Assembly: GCF_006345805.1 (NCBI RefSeq)
Contig: NC_043011.1
Location: 14,892,464 to 14,956,463 of the forward strand
Source: Octopus sinensis
Lineage: Eukaryota
Direction of reading: 5' to 3'
DNA length: 64,000 bases
The notes beneath the pieces were generated by a model that ran no database searches, was not told the DNA's origin, and saw nothing but the letters and a program-made list of their open reading frames with translations. Positions 25,156 through 37,520 of the stretch are shown here, in pieces (position 1 is the stretch's first letter; every line of letters begins with the position of its first letter). Position numbers and translations under genes: made by a program.

Positions 25156-26115
25156 AAGAATTAAAGAAAATAAGACTCATTATATTGAATGTTATTGATA
25201 ATATTGAGTGAAAATAGGGGCTGCTGCAGTTCCGTAGTGTCTAAATACGAACCGCTTCTGCTTATATCACAGACGTGTTGTGCACTAACAATAATGCTAA
25301 TGCTAATGTTACAAGCAACTCACATCAAATCTTGTGTGAAGGAAAAAAATTCTTTTAGCTGTTGAAAAAAAAATGTCATTCGGTATATAGTCTAAGTCAT
25401 GTATATTTTTCAGTCTTTCAAAACAACTGTGAAAAATGTCAAGCGAACATTTTTTTTTAAACTACAAAGTTCAACTTGTGAACTACAGTCATTTGGTGTT
25501 TAGTAAACCAATTCATAGTAAAATGTCTACTGATTGAAATAACGTTTTAGTCGCTGTAGCTCAAATATAACATTATTTTTACTTCGCTGCACATAAATAA
25601 GGGAGGGAAAAAAAAAAGAGAACCGTTTGTCATGACATTATATTCAGAGTACTTCATTTTTGTCTATGCATTCCACTTAAAAAAACAAACATACCATTTA
25701 AAAAAGAAATAAGTATACCATTGCGAATCAACAAAGGAGCCTCAATGTGGTCGTTTAATCCACAAGCAAACAATCTAAATTTCTCTCAAATCTAGATATT
25801 TAAGACTACAATAGATAGAATAATGAGAGACATAATGCCGACAGAGAAAAAAAAACCAAAACCAAAACAATAAAAACAGTTTGTGCATGGTTGGAGTGCC
25901 ATGGTTGGAGTACTATTGATCATAGGCCTCCTCGATTAGGAACGATTTGCATAATACAACTATATCAAAATATATCGTCTTTGTTTTATTATTCAGTCTA
26001 CTAGTTTTATTTATCCCCCCCCCCATCTATAACTGTTACTGAACAATTAACAATACCGTGTCGCTGAAAACTTTGTCCTTGAATTCGTTGCTACTACATT
26101 CTTAAATAAATGCTG

Positions 26116-26515
26116 GGATCTCTTCGGTTTGAACGGCAGTTTTTTCTAGCGGTGTCATATGAAATTGTCACCCATAATTATGACCCTAGTATCGATCTAT
26201 TGCATTTCAATCTGTTTTAGGGTTAGGGTTAAGGGTATCTTTTTTCTTCAGAAATGTAAATAAACCCAATCTGTTTCTTAAACGAGGGACATATTCATAC
26301 GGCACAGAATGTTTTCACCTCAATAGACGATTGGTTGAAATTTCAGAAATTGAAGAAAAAAACAACAACAAATATCTTACAAACTATAGAATTTTCTCAA
26401 TAAAGCCAAGAGAAAAAGATGTTTTATAAACACATTCTACCAGTATACGAAGTTTAAAAGTGTTTAGTTACGTGGAAATTATTTTTAAAAACTGCCGTTC
26501 AAACCGAAAAGATCC
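26116..26515 (+). mobile_element. Telomere-repeat MITE copy 4 (22-bp flanking duplication)
   Basis: TIRs; CTACATTCTTAAATAAAT(G/T)CTG at 26094-26115 and 26516-26537. Confidence 0.9.
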
Positions 26516-27487
26516 CTACATTCTTAAATAAATTCTGCTAAAACACTGACAGGTGTCTGTACTAATCACCAGTACTAATTTAATTATTTAAATTTTCTAT
26601 TTACACCAAGTTTCGAATTGATTGAATTGTTAGGGTCGGTGAAAATTAGCTCTGGTTCTCTTAAGTTCAATCTTCCTGACATCCATTAGAATTTGGGAGC
26701 CCAAGTCAAAATCATAAAACCTCAAAGACGCCATCTTTATGATCATTATACTCTAAACATTTCTACTTTTCTACGCTAATCGATGTATAATCTTGTACAT
26801 TCACATAATAATATTTTCAGTACTACTTCACCATGTACGATAAAGGCTATGCCTTACTGAAGAGGTCATAATAAGACTAAAGCATGTCTAGGATTCTCTC
26901 CCCTCCTTGCTCGGGAAACGGCATATAATATTAGTAATTCACACGCATACAGTTCTTTCACCGCTAAAAATGTTCTTAATTAAACTTCTAAAGCTTTGAA
27001 ATAAATTGATACTATTTTCTGTTCCTTTTAAATCGTGTTAACTATTCGGCAGACTCATTATTTTCTTCTGTCATTTTTCAATCTACATTTATTATTCGCG
27101 TCACAAGGGAACATCAATATCCACATCATTTCTCCCAGTCTATGCGTATTTACTGACATTTTTCATCATTATTACTTACAACTAAATATGTAGCAAATGT
27201 TTGGCCATTACGCAAATGACCAAGACTGCAGAGTTACAACATTTTCCCCTCTATTGTTTCAAAGGAATTTTCATATCTGTTTGCCTCAAATTTATCTGGT
27301 GTAGAAAGGTAGACTGGACCAGCCCGTCGCCAGATTTTGACGCGTGGGTATGCTTCAGGATGTTCTGGGTGGACGCTAATTTGTAATAATTCTAAAGTGG
27401 CGTTTCGGAATAAGTGTATCACTGTAAATCTAAGAGTGCATAATTAAATAAGCGAGGGAGCAGTGCTGTCCAGTGCATCTCCTTAGC

Positions 27488-27797
27488 GTGGAGGCACATG
27501 GCCTAGTGGTTAGAGCAGCGGACTCGCGGTCGAGGGATCGCGGGTTCGAATCTCAGACCGGGCGATGCGTGTGTTTATGAGCGAAAACACCTAAGCTCTA
27601 CGCGGCTCCGGCTGAAGGTAATGGCAAACTTCTGCTGACTCTTTCGCCACAACTTTCTCTTACTCTTTCCTCCTGCATCTTGCAGCTTACCTGCGACGGA
27701 CTAGCGTCCCGCCCAGGTGGGGAACCTACACGCCAAGAAACCGGTAAACCGGCCCTTGTGAGCCAGGCATGGCTCGAGAAGGAACGAACAACAAAAA
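27488..27797 (+). mobile_element. SINE family B tail type 2 with 12-bp TSD
   Basis: CATCTCCTTAGC on both flanks; head GTGGAGGCACATGGCCTAGTGG..GGGTTCGAATC. Confidence 0.92.
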
Positions 27798-28590
27798 CAT
27801 CTCCTTAGCATGTTATATTTCCTTATCATCACCCTTACCACTTCAGATTGCCTTCTAAAGAACAATTTTAGTAATATATATCATCAAATGAGTGACCATA
27901 AAAACGGAACGAGGACAGTTCAAGATGAAAACTGAATTTATTAGAAATTGAAACTTTGAATAAGTATTTTCTGAGAAAAACTGCGTTAAGAAATTAAACC
28001 GTGAGAATGCCCCCCACCACCACTTAGAACAAAACGATGACATTCTTTTTAAGTTCGCTGTGGAAAATTTTTTTCTCTTCTCTTTTCTGTTTTCTTCCTT
28101 CCCACTCATTTTTCAATTAAAAATCTGACTATAAGTAACACATACACCCACAGATTTATGTAACATGTCTTTATAAAAAGAAAGCTTATAATTATTTTTC
28201 TCTGGTTTTAGAAATGAACAATTTAGTTGTACATACACAATGAGATGTATAAATTAACATCTATTATAGTAGCTGTATATAGAATGATCTTGCTACACAG
28301 GAAGATGTTTTTCACATACTTTTCTAAGTGGGTCGATTTTTCTTTAGAATGATGTTTCTCTCTTTATTATTTTAGCGTATTTTATTTTAGATAAAAAGAA
28401 ACAACGAAATGCCTCGTAGTTGAAGACATAAATGAAGTTACGGCTAGAGTTTTGAAAATAGTTGTAACATTAAAGGAAACTCCCGCTTCCTAAGAAAAAT
28501 TTGTTGCATTCATTAAAATTAAATGTGCATATGTGTAACGGAACATAGTGAGCTGAGGATAAATTTACAATAGCGAGTTTCTGACCTACA

Positions 28591-29057
28591 TGTTAGTTAG
28601 TTAGTTAATTTTTTGGCTCAAAAAGCAAAAAAGCAAGGCCATGTAGGGGGACATGGAGTTATGTACAGGGTGTTGTTCATGTAAAGAGTTCAGGCCACTT
28701 GTGGTCAAGGGAGACTTTGAACCGAGCGGTCGTCGGCATCTTCAGCATCTCGTCTGGCAGCTTATTCCACGGATCCGCAACCCGGACGGAGAAAGCCCCT
28801 CTCCTTCGATTGAGATGAAATCGTCGCAGATAGAGCTTTTCGGAATGACCCCGCACCGACGCTCTGGAGCAGGAGTGAAGAACAGCTCCTTCGAGAGGTT
28901 ACACTTTCCGCTTATGATGTTGTGAGCGAGAATGAAATCACCACGGCGTCGTCGTTTTTCTAGAGAATAAAGGTCGAGCATCTTCAGCCTTTCTTCATAA
29001 GACAAATTCTTGAGACCAAGAACCATCCGGGTAGCCAGCTTATGGACTCTCCGTGTC
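28591..29057 (-). pseudogene. CR1/L2-group LINE 3' end (ORF2 C-terminus plus 3' UTR)
   Basis: KLATRMVLGLKNLSYEERLKMLDLYSLEKRRRRGD.../RGHSEKL...FSVRVADPWNKLP, one frameshift; (TAAC)n tail; 5'-truncated at (TA)n. Confidence 0.9.
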
Positions 29058-31261
29058 GGTTATATATATATATATATATATAAGTCTTCTTTGAGGAATA
29101 ATAAAGCTAGTTCCAGGAAATAAATATTCAAGAAGATAAAGGGTTAATTTGTTTATACATTGGCACTACGTGCCCTGCTAAATATGAAATAAGAAGGTCA
29201 CGGAAAATAAAGGTTAATATTTCGAAAAATGAGTTGATTCATCATATTAAATATCTTCGACATCAAGGTCATTTGCAGAAAAATTGTCGAGTAAACTAGG
29301 TTTATGGGAAACTTGAATTTCAGCGTCCGACAACAGTCTCGCCCTAAATTATCTCCAAGCGACATATCATTATATTTGGAGTGCAAGAGGCTTAGAGGTC
29401 AAGGGTGACATCGACTAAATTCAGTCCTTTGGTTTCACTTAATAGATTTTCCCCTTTTATACTAGACAGTGACAGGGAACATGAGACGCGAGCATAAATT
29501 TAGATTGTATTGATCTATTATGTTCTACTTGGTGTCATTGAAACGCTACGTAGGGTTCAAAAGTTTATAATTATCACTTCAGAAATTAATCCAAAATGGA
29601 AGCTAAGCAAAAGTTAAGAGCTTTTGGGGTAGAATTATAATTAATATGTCCTATACAAAATTCAGGATTGTTGATTAAGGTGTTTGACACGTGATCCAGA
29701 TGCGGGAGGTAGTGAATATACGGATGATATTGTGCTGTCTCTTATCATCAAACTATGCATTTGATGATATTAACTTCACTGGATAAGTAATGCATAACTT
29801 ACTCGCTTGATTTATATTCAACTATGATATTGCAGAACAAATTAATTGAATCCTGGCTTGGAAAATGCGATACGAAACCAAGACGGAACAAAGGCTTCAG
29901 TAATTAATCAAGCATCTTATTATGTTATAACAATTCTGTTAAATCTGCAAATAACATAACCACATGGTCAATATACATTGACGCAGCTCTATAAAAGTCC
30001 TTATTCTATCAATATCCTTTCCAAAAATGTTATCATTACCTAAGGATGAATGTTGGCGATATGATATTTAAAGAATTTATAGGCACTTCTTTCAAATGTG
30101 AGACAATAATAGCCTATCGACCGTCTGACATTTTAAACTAAATTATTCTGATAATTCATGAACATAATTTCACCTATTTTATCTTCGTCTTAATATTTCT
30201 TCTAATCTCTTCGGCCGAGCTATATTTCTTGGAGTTAGAAGCATTAATAGATAGACAGAAAAGAGTGTTTTTATCACTATTTAAGAGGTGAAGAGACGAT
30301 AGGGAAACAGAGTCAGTAAAGCATTAGATTACATTATTTAATTATTTTCCTTCGTATTTTATTTTCAATCCTCACCGTAGTTGGCTTTATCTTCTTCCTT
30401 CCTTAGTGACTAAATGACTACCAGTTTTTGTACCAAGTTCATTCAATAGATTAAGTTATTCGAGGCCCTGTGGTAAATAGACGAAACAAGGCCAAAGATG
30501 GCAGTAATCAAAATGTTCCAGCCATGAATGTCCCCTTCTTACTTTCAGATGTACACAATTTCAGGCCACACTACTAGCAGTATCTTTCACTTTTATTAAG
30601 ATAACAGGGTGTGATTCGAAAGAGTTTGGAAGTCTACTTTAAGCACGTCTGGTGACCACATAAATGCTCTTCGTTGGCTTGTCAGTACCTGCTTTGCTGC
30701 TCAGTTGAAGCTATTTGCACAGCAAATGTTAGGGTAATATTAGCAGCACACAATTTAATTTTCTGTTTTTTCAAAATAATTCATTGTTAAAGAATGTAGT
30801 CTGGGAGTTGAGGATAGTTCAGTAACATGCTTGTTTTTTTCCGTGTTTGTTGTCTCATAATTATAGAAGAAGACTATAAAATTGGGATATAGGCTAGAGA
30901 ATACTGCAGAGTTGTGTTTTGTGCTTCATATTTCGGAGTTCCCATCTCACAGGCCCTTTTATGAATTTGAACCCAAAGAAAATCAATACAGGCGATTCTG
31001 ATGAGGGAAGTAGGCGACCACCACGAGAAAAGGGGCGGCAGTGAAGTTTTAAAGGGGACGACTAGCAGTTGGAATGAAGTAGGAGACAATTCGGATTGAA
31101 GCTGGGAAAACAGTTGTGATGGATGTGGGAAACTATGAAATGGAGGTGGGAGATAGTTGAGAGGGAAGATGGAGACTCTTGAGAGATAAGTAGGAGACAC
31201 TTGAGAGAGAGAGGGAGCGAGTCATCAGATTCAGCTATCTCCGCTTGTGACAGAATGTGCA

Positions 31262-31530
31262 CTAACATAAGACAGTTGCCTCCACAGTGCTCGATCTTTG
31301 GCAGGAGCGTTCAGGGAAATTATGTGAAGACCTGTCCATATTTCTCCATCTCTTAGGTTTCCGAATTCTGGCTTTCTTTCCATTTATCAGGCCTTCCAAA
31401 GAGATCTTGCTGACGTCACAAATCCTTCGCTTAGTGTGACCAAGCAGTTTGAATGCTGTATTTTTGACGACAGGGGTGATTAGTGGCAATTTGGTCATTT
31501 GTCTTAGATCTTCAATTCTGACGTGATCTG
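31262..31530 (-). pseudogene. RTE-clade LINE ORF2 C-terminal fragment
   Basis: SDHVRIEDLRQMTKLPLIT..KLLGHTKRR..SKISLEGLINGKKARIRKPKRW resembles the RTE LGH..R..LEG..GKR.RGRP..RW motif. Confidence 0.7.
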
Positions 31531-31718
31531 AGTGAGAAGTGGGAGGAAATCGGGAGGGAAATGCGGTTTAAGTTGAAATTAAAGTAGAAGAGTTATGTTG
31601 GAGTGTTAGGACTGTTAGGATAGAAGATGCAGTTATGACGTACTGGAAGATTGAAGTAGCAGTTAAAATAGACGTGAGAGACAATTATGATAGAAGTGTT
31701 TGACTGTCAGGATGAAGC

Positions 31719-31815
31719 GTGTAACAGTTATGATGAAGAGTGTGACAGTTATGACCAAATGTGTGACAATTATGGTGAAGTGTGTGACAGTTACGATAAA
31801 ATGTGTGACAGATAA
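31719..31815 (+). repeat. ~21-bp minisatellite (GTGTGACAGTTATGA core, ~5 units)
   Basis: direct reading. Confidence 0.7.
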
Positions 31816-32920
31816 TTGAAAAGAAGTAGCAATCATGATGAAAGTTGGGGAGAATTAAGACAGAAATAAGCCGTAATCATGATGTAGTGAGCGACCAGTG
31901 AGATACGATAGCTAAGATATTAAGTGGGCAGCAATTAAATGAGACATTTGTGACAATTATGATGAAAGTGCTCGCTAGTTGAGTTAAAGATAAAATCTCT
32001 GACATTTCATCATGCCACTTTAAAAATAAAAACTGCTGCAAGAATGGTAATCTGATCAGCAATTAAAACAATTCTCTGCATTTGCTGAAAAGTCTATTCC
32101 TCACCTAAACTATTTTTTTTCTCATCACAGTAATTACAAAGATCATAGTAGTATTTAGTTACTTATTAGAGACATTCAATAGTACCGTAACAGTCAATAA
32201 CAAGAAGTAACTCTGTATTTATAGGTTATTTGATACAATCACGATGATGAAAATAAATTACTATCTTAGTGAAGTTCATTTCATTACTAAATAATTGCAA
32301 CTAATGAGTCAAAACATTGCAGCATAAATTAAAAGCCTTTTATCTTTCAACTGACATTTCCTCCTTTTAGACACACACAGACACACACACACACACACAC
32401 ACCACACACACACACACACACCATAGAGAAGAGAGAGAGAGAGGGAGTATGTGAGAACTGCATACCCCTTTAGTGAGAACCATTCACACAAACATCTCTG
32501 ACAGATTTAAAGCAATCAATGAAGCTAAAAAATTACTGGAATTCTTCAGATTCAATTTAACCATTTATCTCTACCGTTTCTCTTATCTCCAGTGTTTCTT
32601 ATGTAAATAATAATAGTAACAGCCGCTTTAATGTGAATTTAACAGTCTGTGCAAATGCTGCAGAATAACGGTAAGCTTCCATCATGTCTTCTCTGCAAAA
32701 CAGTTTCGATACTTAGCGAAACCCATCTTCATTGATTTACAGAATTTGTCAAGGCTAAAGAAGATGAATTCTGTCCAGGTTAACCATATCTCCTTACACA
32801 GTACATGGAAACGAAGTCTCTAGGTTTGAAACAATTGAAGGGTTATGTAATGTTCGTATATTGAAAATGTAGTGTAAATTCTACCACCGATTAATGGTAC
32901 TTGCTACAGTTATAAAAAGC

Positions 32921-33155
32921 AGAGAGCTGGCAGAAACATTAGCACGCCGGGCGAAATGCGTAGCCGTATTTCGTCTGCCGGTACGTTCTGTGTTCAAATT
33001 CCGCCGAGGTCGACTTTGCCTTTTATCCTTTCGGGGTCGATTAAATAAGTACCAGTTACGCACTGGGGTCGATATAATCGACTTAATCCGTTTGTCTATC
33101 CTTGTTTTTCCTCTCTGTGTTTAGCCCTTTGTGGACAGTAAAGAAATAGGTATTT
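32921..33155 (+). mobile_element. SINE family C
   Basis: full unit ending GTAAAGAAATAGGTATTT. Confidence 0.88.
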
Positions 33156-33422
33156 GCTACAGATATGTGAGTCAAAAAAGGAAAAAAGAGATAATTATCA
33201 CTGGCTAGGGATCGAAGATTTAAAGTGAATCATTAGACCATTAGATGGGAGTAGTAATCTGTTTTAGTTTTGGAGGAAACAGACGGTCAAGCTCTAAGAA
33301 ATCGTTGCTGTTATTGTGTAACTTGAAGTTGACTCTCATCGTTTCAACCATGGTAATTCTGTGTATCATCCTGTCTTTCTGGCAAGGCAAGTTTTCTATT
33401 TTTATCGTAGAGTATAGGTTTG

Positions 33423-33844
33423 GGATCTTTTCGGTTTGACCGGCAGTTTTTTCTAGCGGTGTCATATGAAATTGTCACCCATGATTATGACCCTAGTATC
33501 GATCTATTGCATTTCAATCTGTTTTAGGGTTAGGGTTAGGGTTAGGGGTGGTAGGAAGGGTATCTTTCTTTCTTCAGAAATGTAAATAAACTCAATCTGT
33601 TTCTTAAACGAGGGACATATTCATACGGCACAGAATGTTTTCACCTCAATAGACGTCGTTGATTGGTTGAAATTGCAGAAATCGAAGAAAAAAACAACAA
33701 ATATCTTACAAACTATAGAATTTTCTCAATAAAGCCAAGAGGAAAAGATGTTTTATAAAAACATTCTACCAGTATACAAAGTTTAAAAGTGTTTAGTTAC
33801 GTGGAAATTATTTTAAAAAACTGCCGGTCAAACCGAAAAGATCC
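33423..33844 (+). mobile_element. Telomere-repeat MITE copy 5
   Basis: TIRs, both with GACCGG instead of GAACGG; TSD TAGGTTTG (33415-22/33845-52); (TTAGGG)4. Confidence 0.92.
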
Positions 33845-34892
33845 TAGGTTTGATAGAGATTTGGCCGTTATAAATAATAGCAGGTTGAGCAAACATGAAG
33901 AAGCACACTCGCTGGCTTAATCCCTGTAGGGAAATAAACAACTTGGTATAGCGAGTTTCTTTCCGTTTTCAGATCGGTTAAATGTCCTTTTCTCATATGC
34001 AACGCAGATTTAATGATACGATACGAACGCTTTGACTTGGATTTTAAATCTTATCCACGGAGCCATTTACACTCTTCTACACTGTTATGATTCATAGTTC
34101 ATATGCTCATATATTTATAGATGTGCCGATGTCGTCATGTTTATCTTATAACAACATGAAAGCGCATGATTTTGTTGCTATTTAATTGAAAGGCAGTTAG
34201 AAATAAGGATAATCTGAAAGATATATAACTTAATTACAGTAATTGTAGTTGGTCAGACACATGATATAGTAGAATGAAATAATGATTGATTACTGTAGAT
34301 TAAGTGACCAAAAAAGCGACACACTGGATGCATAATAAAATTTTATAGCAAATTGCGTAGAGTAAGTAGTTAAAAAGTGATTAGCCGAAGACAAAATTAT
34401 CTTCTCATTCATCTTCATGATATTAAATTGAATACAAATTATCGAAACATTGATCCGAGTTAATAATGTATATTTAACTTGACTGAACTTCAGTTTTACA
34501 GTTTTGTAAACAAATCATATTAAGTAATACTAATCTTTGTTTACGCTATTTCAATAATATTGCATCTAAACTTTAGCGTATTGTTAAAACCAAAATGACA
34601 AAGCTCCTTTTATGGCTTCAAAGAGATGTTTAAGAATTATTGAATTACCAAGTATATTTCGATGACATCATTAGAAAAATTGTTTTTTTTTATTTTATGG
34701 AAGATAGAAGAATTCATGTTTTGAAATGCAAGTGCTCAACTATTTTCTTTCCATATGCATGTATGTATGTATGTATGTATGTATGTATGTATGTATGTAT
34801 GTATGTGTGTATGTATGTATGTATGTATGTATGTATGTATGTGTGTGTGTATATTGATATGTATAAATACATATACAAATATATCTGTATGT

Positions 34893-35431
34893 GTTTCGAG
34901 TGCTACTGGTAACGTGTAACCCAGTACATCCTGTTGCATGGTCGGGTCGTCGGCGACTAAACCGGCAACCCCACCAAGCTTGCTTGGTGAGGAGGGTGTT
35001 TAATGGACACCCTGCGGGATGAAAAACAAAACCCGTCAAAGGGCGGAGGAACTCTTGAGAGTCAACAGCCATCCAATAAATGCCTTAAGGCTGTATCATG
35101 CGCGGAGACATAGAAATAATCGGACTGAATACCCGATCGCGCGGTTAAGTCATTGGGAGTGAAGGACTCCTAGCCTTTGTTAGGGCATCCTTCTGGGAGA
35201 AGGTAACTCAGGTAACTGGGATAACTCCGACATAAAACTTGCGGCTCAGTGGTTACCGATGATGTTCACTTCTTCTTTTCGGATTATGGCTGCTATTGAT
35301 TAGTGAGTGGGATTGACTCAGTGTACAGCCTTTCCTCACTTTAAAAAAATCTTCTTGCACAGATATTGCACGATAACAACATTGATTAAGCTTCGTGCAA
35401 TGGCCATACTCGATAACGAGGGGGCAGCCAC
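34893..35431 (+). mobile_element. GC-rich retroelement-like segment (probable RTE 5' UTR) between two (TATG)n tracts
   Basis: non-coding GC/CpG-rich block with CTAAACCGGCAACCCC motif; flanked by (TATG)n at ~34757-34850 and ~35432-35530; RTE call is inference. Confidence 0.45.
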
Positions 35432-35734
35432 TATGTATGTATGTATGTATGTATGTATGTATGTATGTATGTATGTATGTATGTATGTATGTATGTATGT
35501 ATGTATTTATGTATGAATGTATGCATGCATGTATGTATGTATGTGTGTGTGTGTGTTTGTGTGTATGCATATATGTGTGCGCGTCGGTACACTACACTAC
35601 ACACACACACACAGACACACACAAAGACACACACATATACACACAAACATACATTATACAGGTTGATCAATGTCTTGCCAGTGGAATTTGAGAGGAATAT
35701 GCGCGGACGCCCATCGTTATCATCATCACACTAC

Positions 35735-35969
35735 CTATTTCTTTACTACCCACAAGGGGCTAAACACACATAGGACAAACAAGGACAAACAAACGGATTA
35801 AGTTGATTAGATCGACCCCAGTGCGTAACTGGTACTTAATTTATCGACCCCGAAAGGATGAAAGGCAAAGTCGACCTCGGCGGAATTTGAACTCAGAACG
35901 TATCGGCAGACGAAATACGGCTACGCATTTCGCCCGGCGTGCTAACGTTTCTGCCAGCTCGCCGCCTTA
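35735..35969 (-). mobile_element. SINE family C
   Basis: near-consensus copy. Confidence 0.9.
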
Positions 35970-36286
35970 TCCTCGTCACACTACCACCACCACAACCACC
36001 ACAATAACCACCATTGCAAGCAAATAAGACTGAAAACACTTGCAGTTCTTGGTGTTTAATTGCACAGTCTACCGGTTGATGCATCTGCTGATTTACCTGT
36101 AGCCCTGTCCGTTTTTAGTGTAAGGCATTTCGTTGTTATTTCTTGAACCTATGTTACAAAAGTCTGCCCTTCACAGTGAGTTTATATCTTAGTTGTTAGT
36201 CCAAGACAAGCTACTTTGGCTGTGTTGCTGTCTCTGAAACTTTCTAATAACATAGCAGAGCATTTTGTTCATATACACAACAGCTT

Positions 36287-36577
36287 GTGGCTGTGTGGTA
36301 AGTAGCTTGCTTACCAACCACATGGTTCCGGGTTCAGTCCCACTGCGTGGCACCTTGGGCAAGTGTCTTCTACTATAGCCTCGGGCCGACCAAAGCCTTG
36401 TGAGTGGATTTGGTAGACGGAAGCTGAAAGAAGCCCGTCTTATATATGTATGTGTATATTACTACGATGATCCGGTTCTTGACTGAAGACTGAGGGTTTC
36501 GAATGTCCTGTCCGTGTTTATTGTATCGTCTTCTAAGACTTATACGTTCTTGTCCATGTTGTATTTTTCTACATACC

Positions 36578-36641
<64 letters not shown>

Positions 36642-36860
36642 CGTGTGTGTTTGTGTGTGTATGTTTGTGTGTCTGTGTTTGTCTCCCCAACACCACTTGG
36701 TACGTTTACGTCCCCGTAACTTAGCGGTTCGGCAGACCGATAGAATAATATCGATAGAATAAGTACTAGGCTTACAGAGAATAAGTCGTGGGGTCGATTT
36801 GCTCGACTAAAGGTGGTGCTCCAGCATGGCCACAGTCAAATGACTGAAACAAGCAAAACA
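36287..36860 (+). mobile_element. SINE family A with a Penelope-like fragment (36460-36578) inserted in its internal (TA)n
   Basis: insert matches 48118-48255 (minus). Confidence 0.8.
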
Positions 36861-37329
36861 GTAATGATTCATTGCAATTTGGTGTATATACGTTGTCAGT
36901 CAGAAGATACATTCCGAGGGGCTCCTTGCCGACAATTACGAGGTTATCTGCATCATGAGGTGATCGATGAATATACTTCAACATTTGGTGGCTGGTATGC
37001 TGTCGACCAATATGAAGCGACATTCAAAGGTCGTTTGAATCGATGTTAAATTTCTGCAGTATTGTTTCCATTGTATGTAGAAGTGGCTTACTTCAGTGTT
37101 AGTGTGGACATTTTCTGATACAGGCATCCAGCAACAGGACCTCCGTAATGCCATGATGGACCGTGAAGTCTGGTGTAGCATGGTAAATTCCATTGTCTCG
37201 ACCACGGTCGAACAATGATGATGATGATGTGGACATTTATAATTTTGATTAAAATTTTCCATGTTTTTTGCATCAATAGCTCAAAATTCATCCAGCGTCT
37301 AATGGAGACTTAATATTTGTATAAGTCAG

Positions 37330-37520
37330 CAAGTCATAGAACCGTTAGCACGCCGGGCACAATGCTTAGCGACATTTCGTCCGTCTTAACTTTCTGTGTC
37401 CAAATCCCTTCGCGGTCAACTTTGTGTTTCATCCTTTCGGGGCCGATAAAATAAGTATCAGTTGAGCACTGGGGTCCATATAATGAACTTACCCTCTTCC
37501 TCGAAAATGCTCTAATAGTA
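37330..37520 (+). mobile_element. Diverged SINE family C
   Basis: GTTAGCACGCCGGGC...TTTCATCCTTTCGGGGCCGATAAAATAAGTA. Confidence 0.75.

Noticed and set aside
34905-34975. HDV-like ribozyme
   Set aside because: A 7-bp P1 with G-U (GTGTAAC/GTTGCAT) and a P4-like hairpin are present, but only 12 nt separate the P1 strands, too few for P2/P3/L3.
36480-36510. CTGAAGA..TTCGAATG hammerhead-like core (also at ~48190-48220, minus)
   Set aside because: GAAT rather than GAAA and no convincing helices I/III; at best a dead relic.
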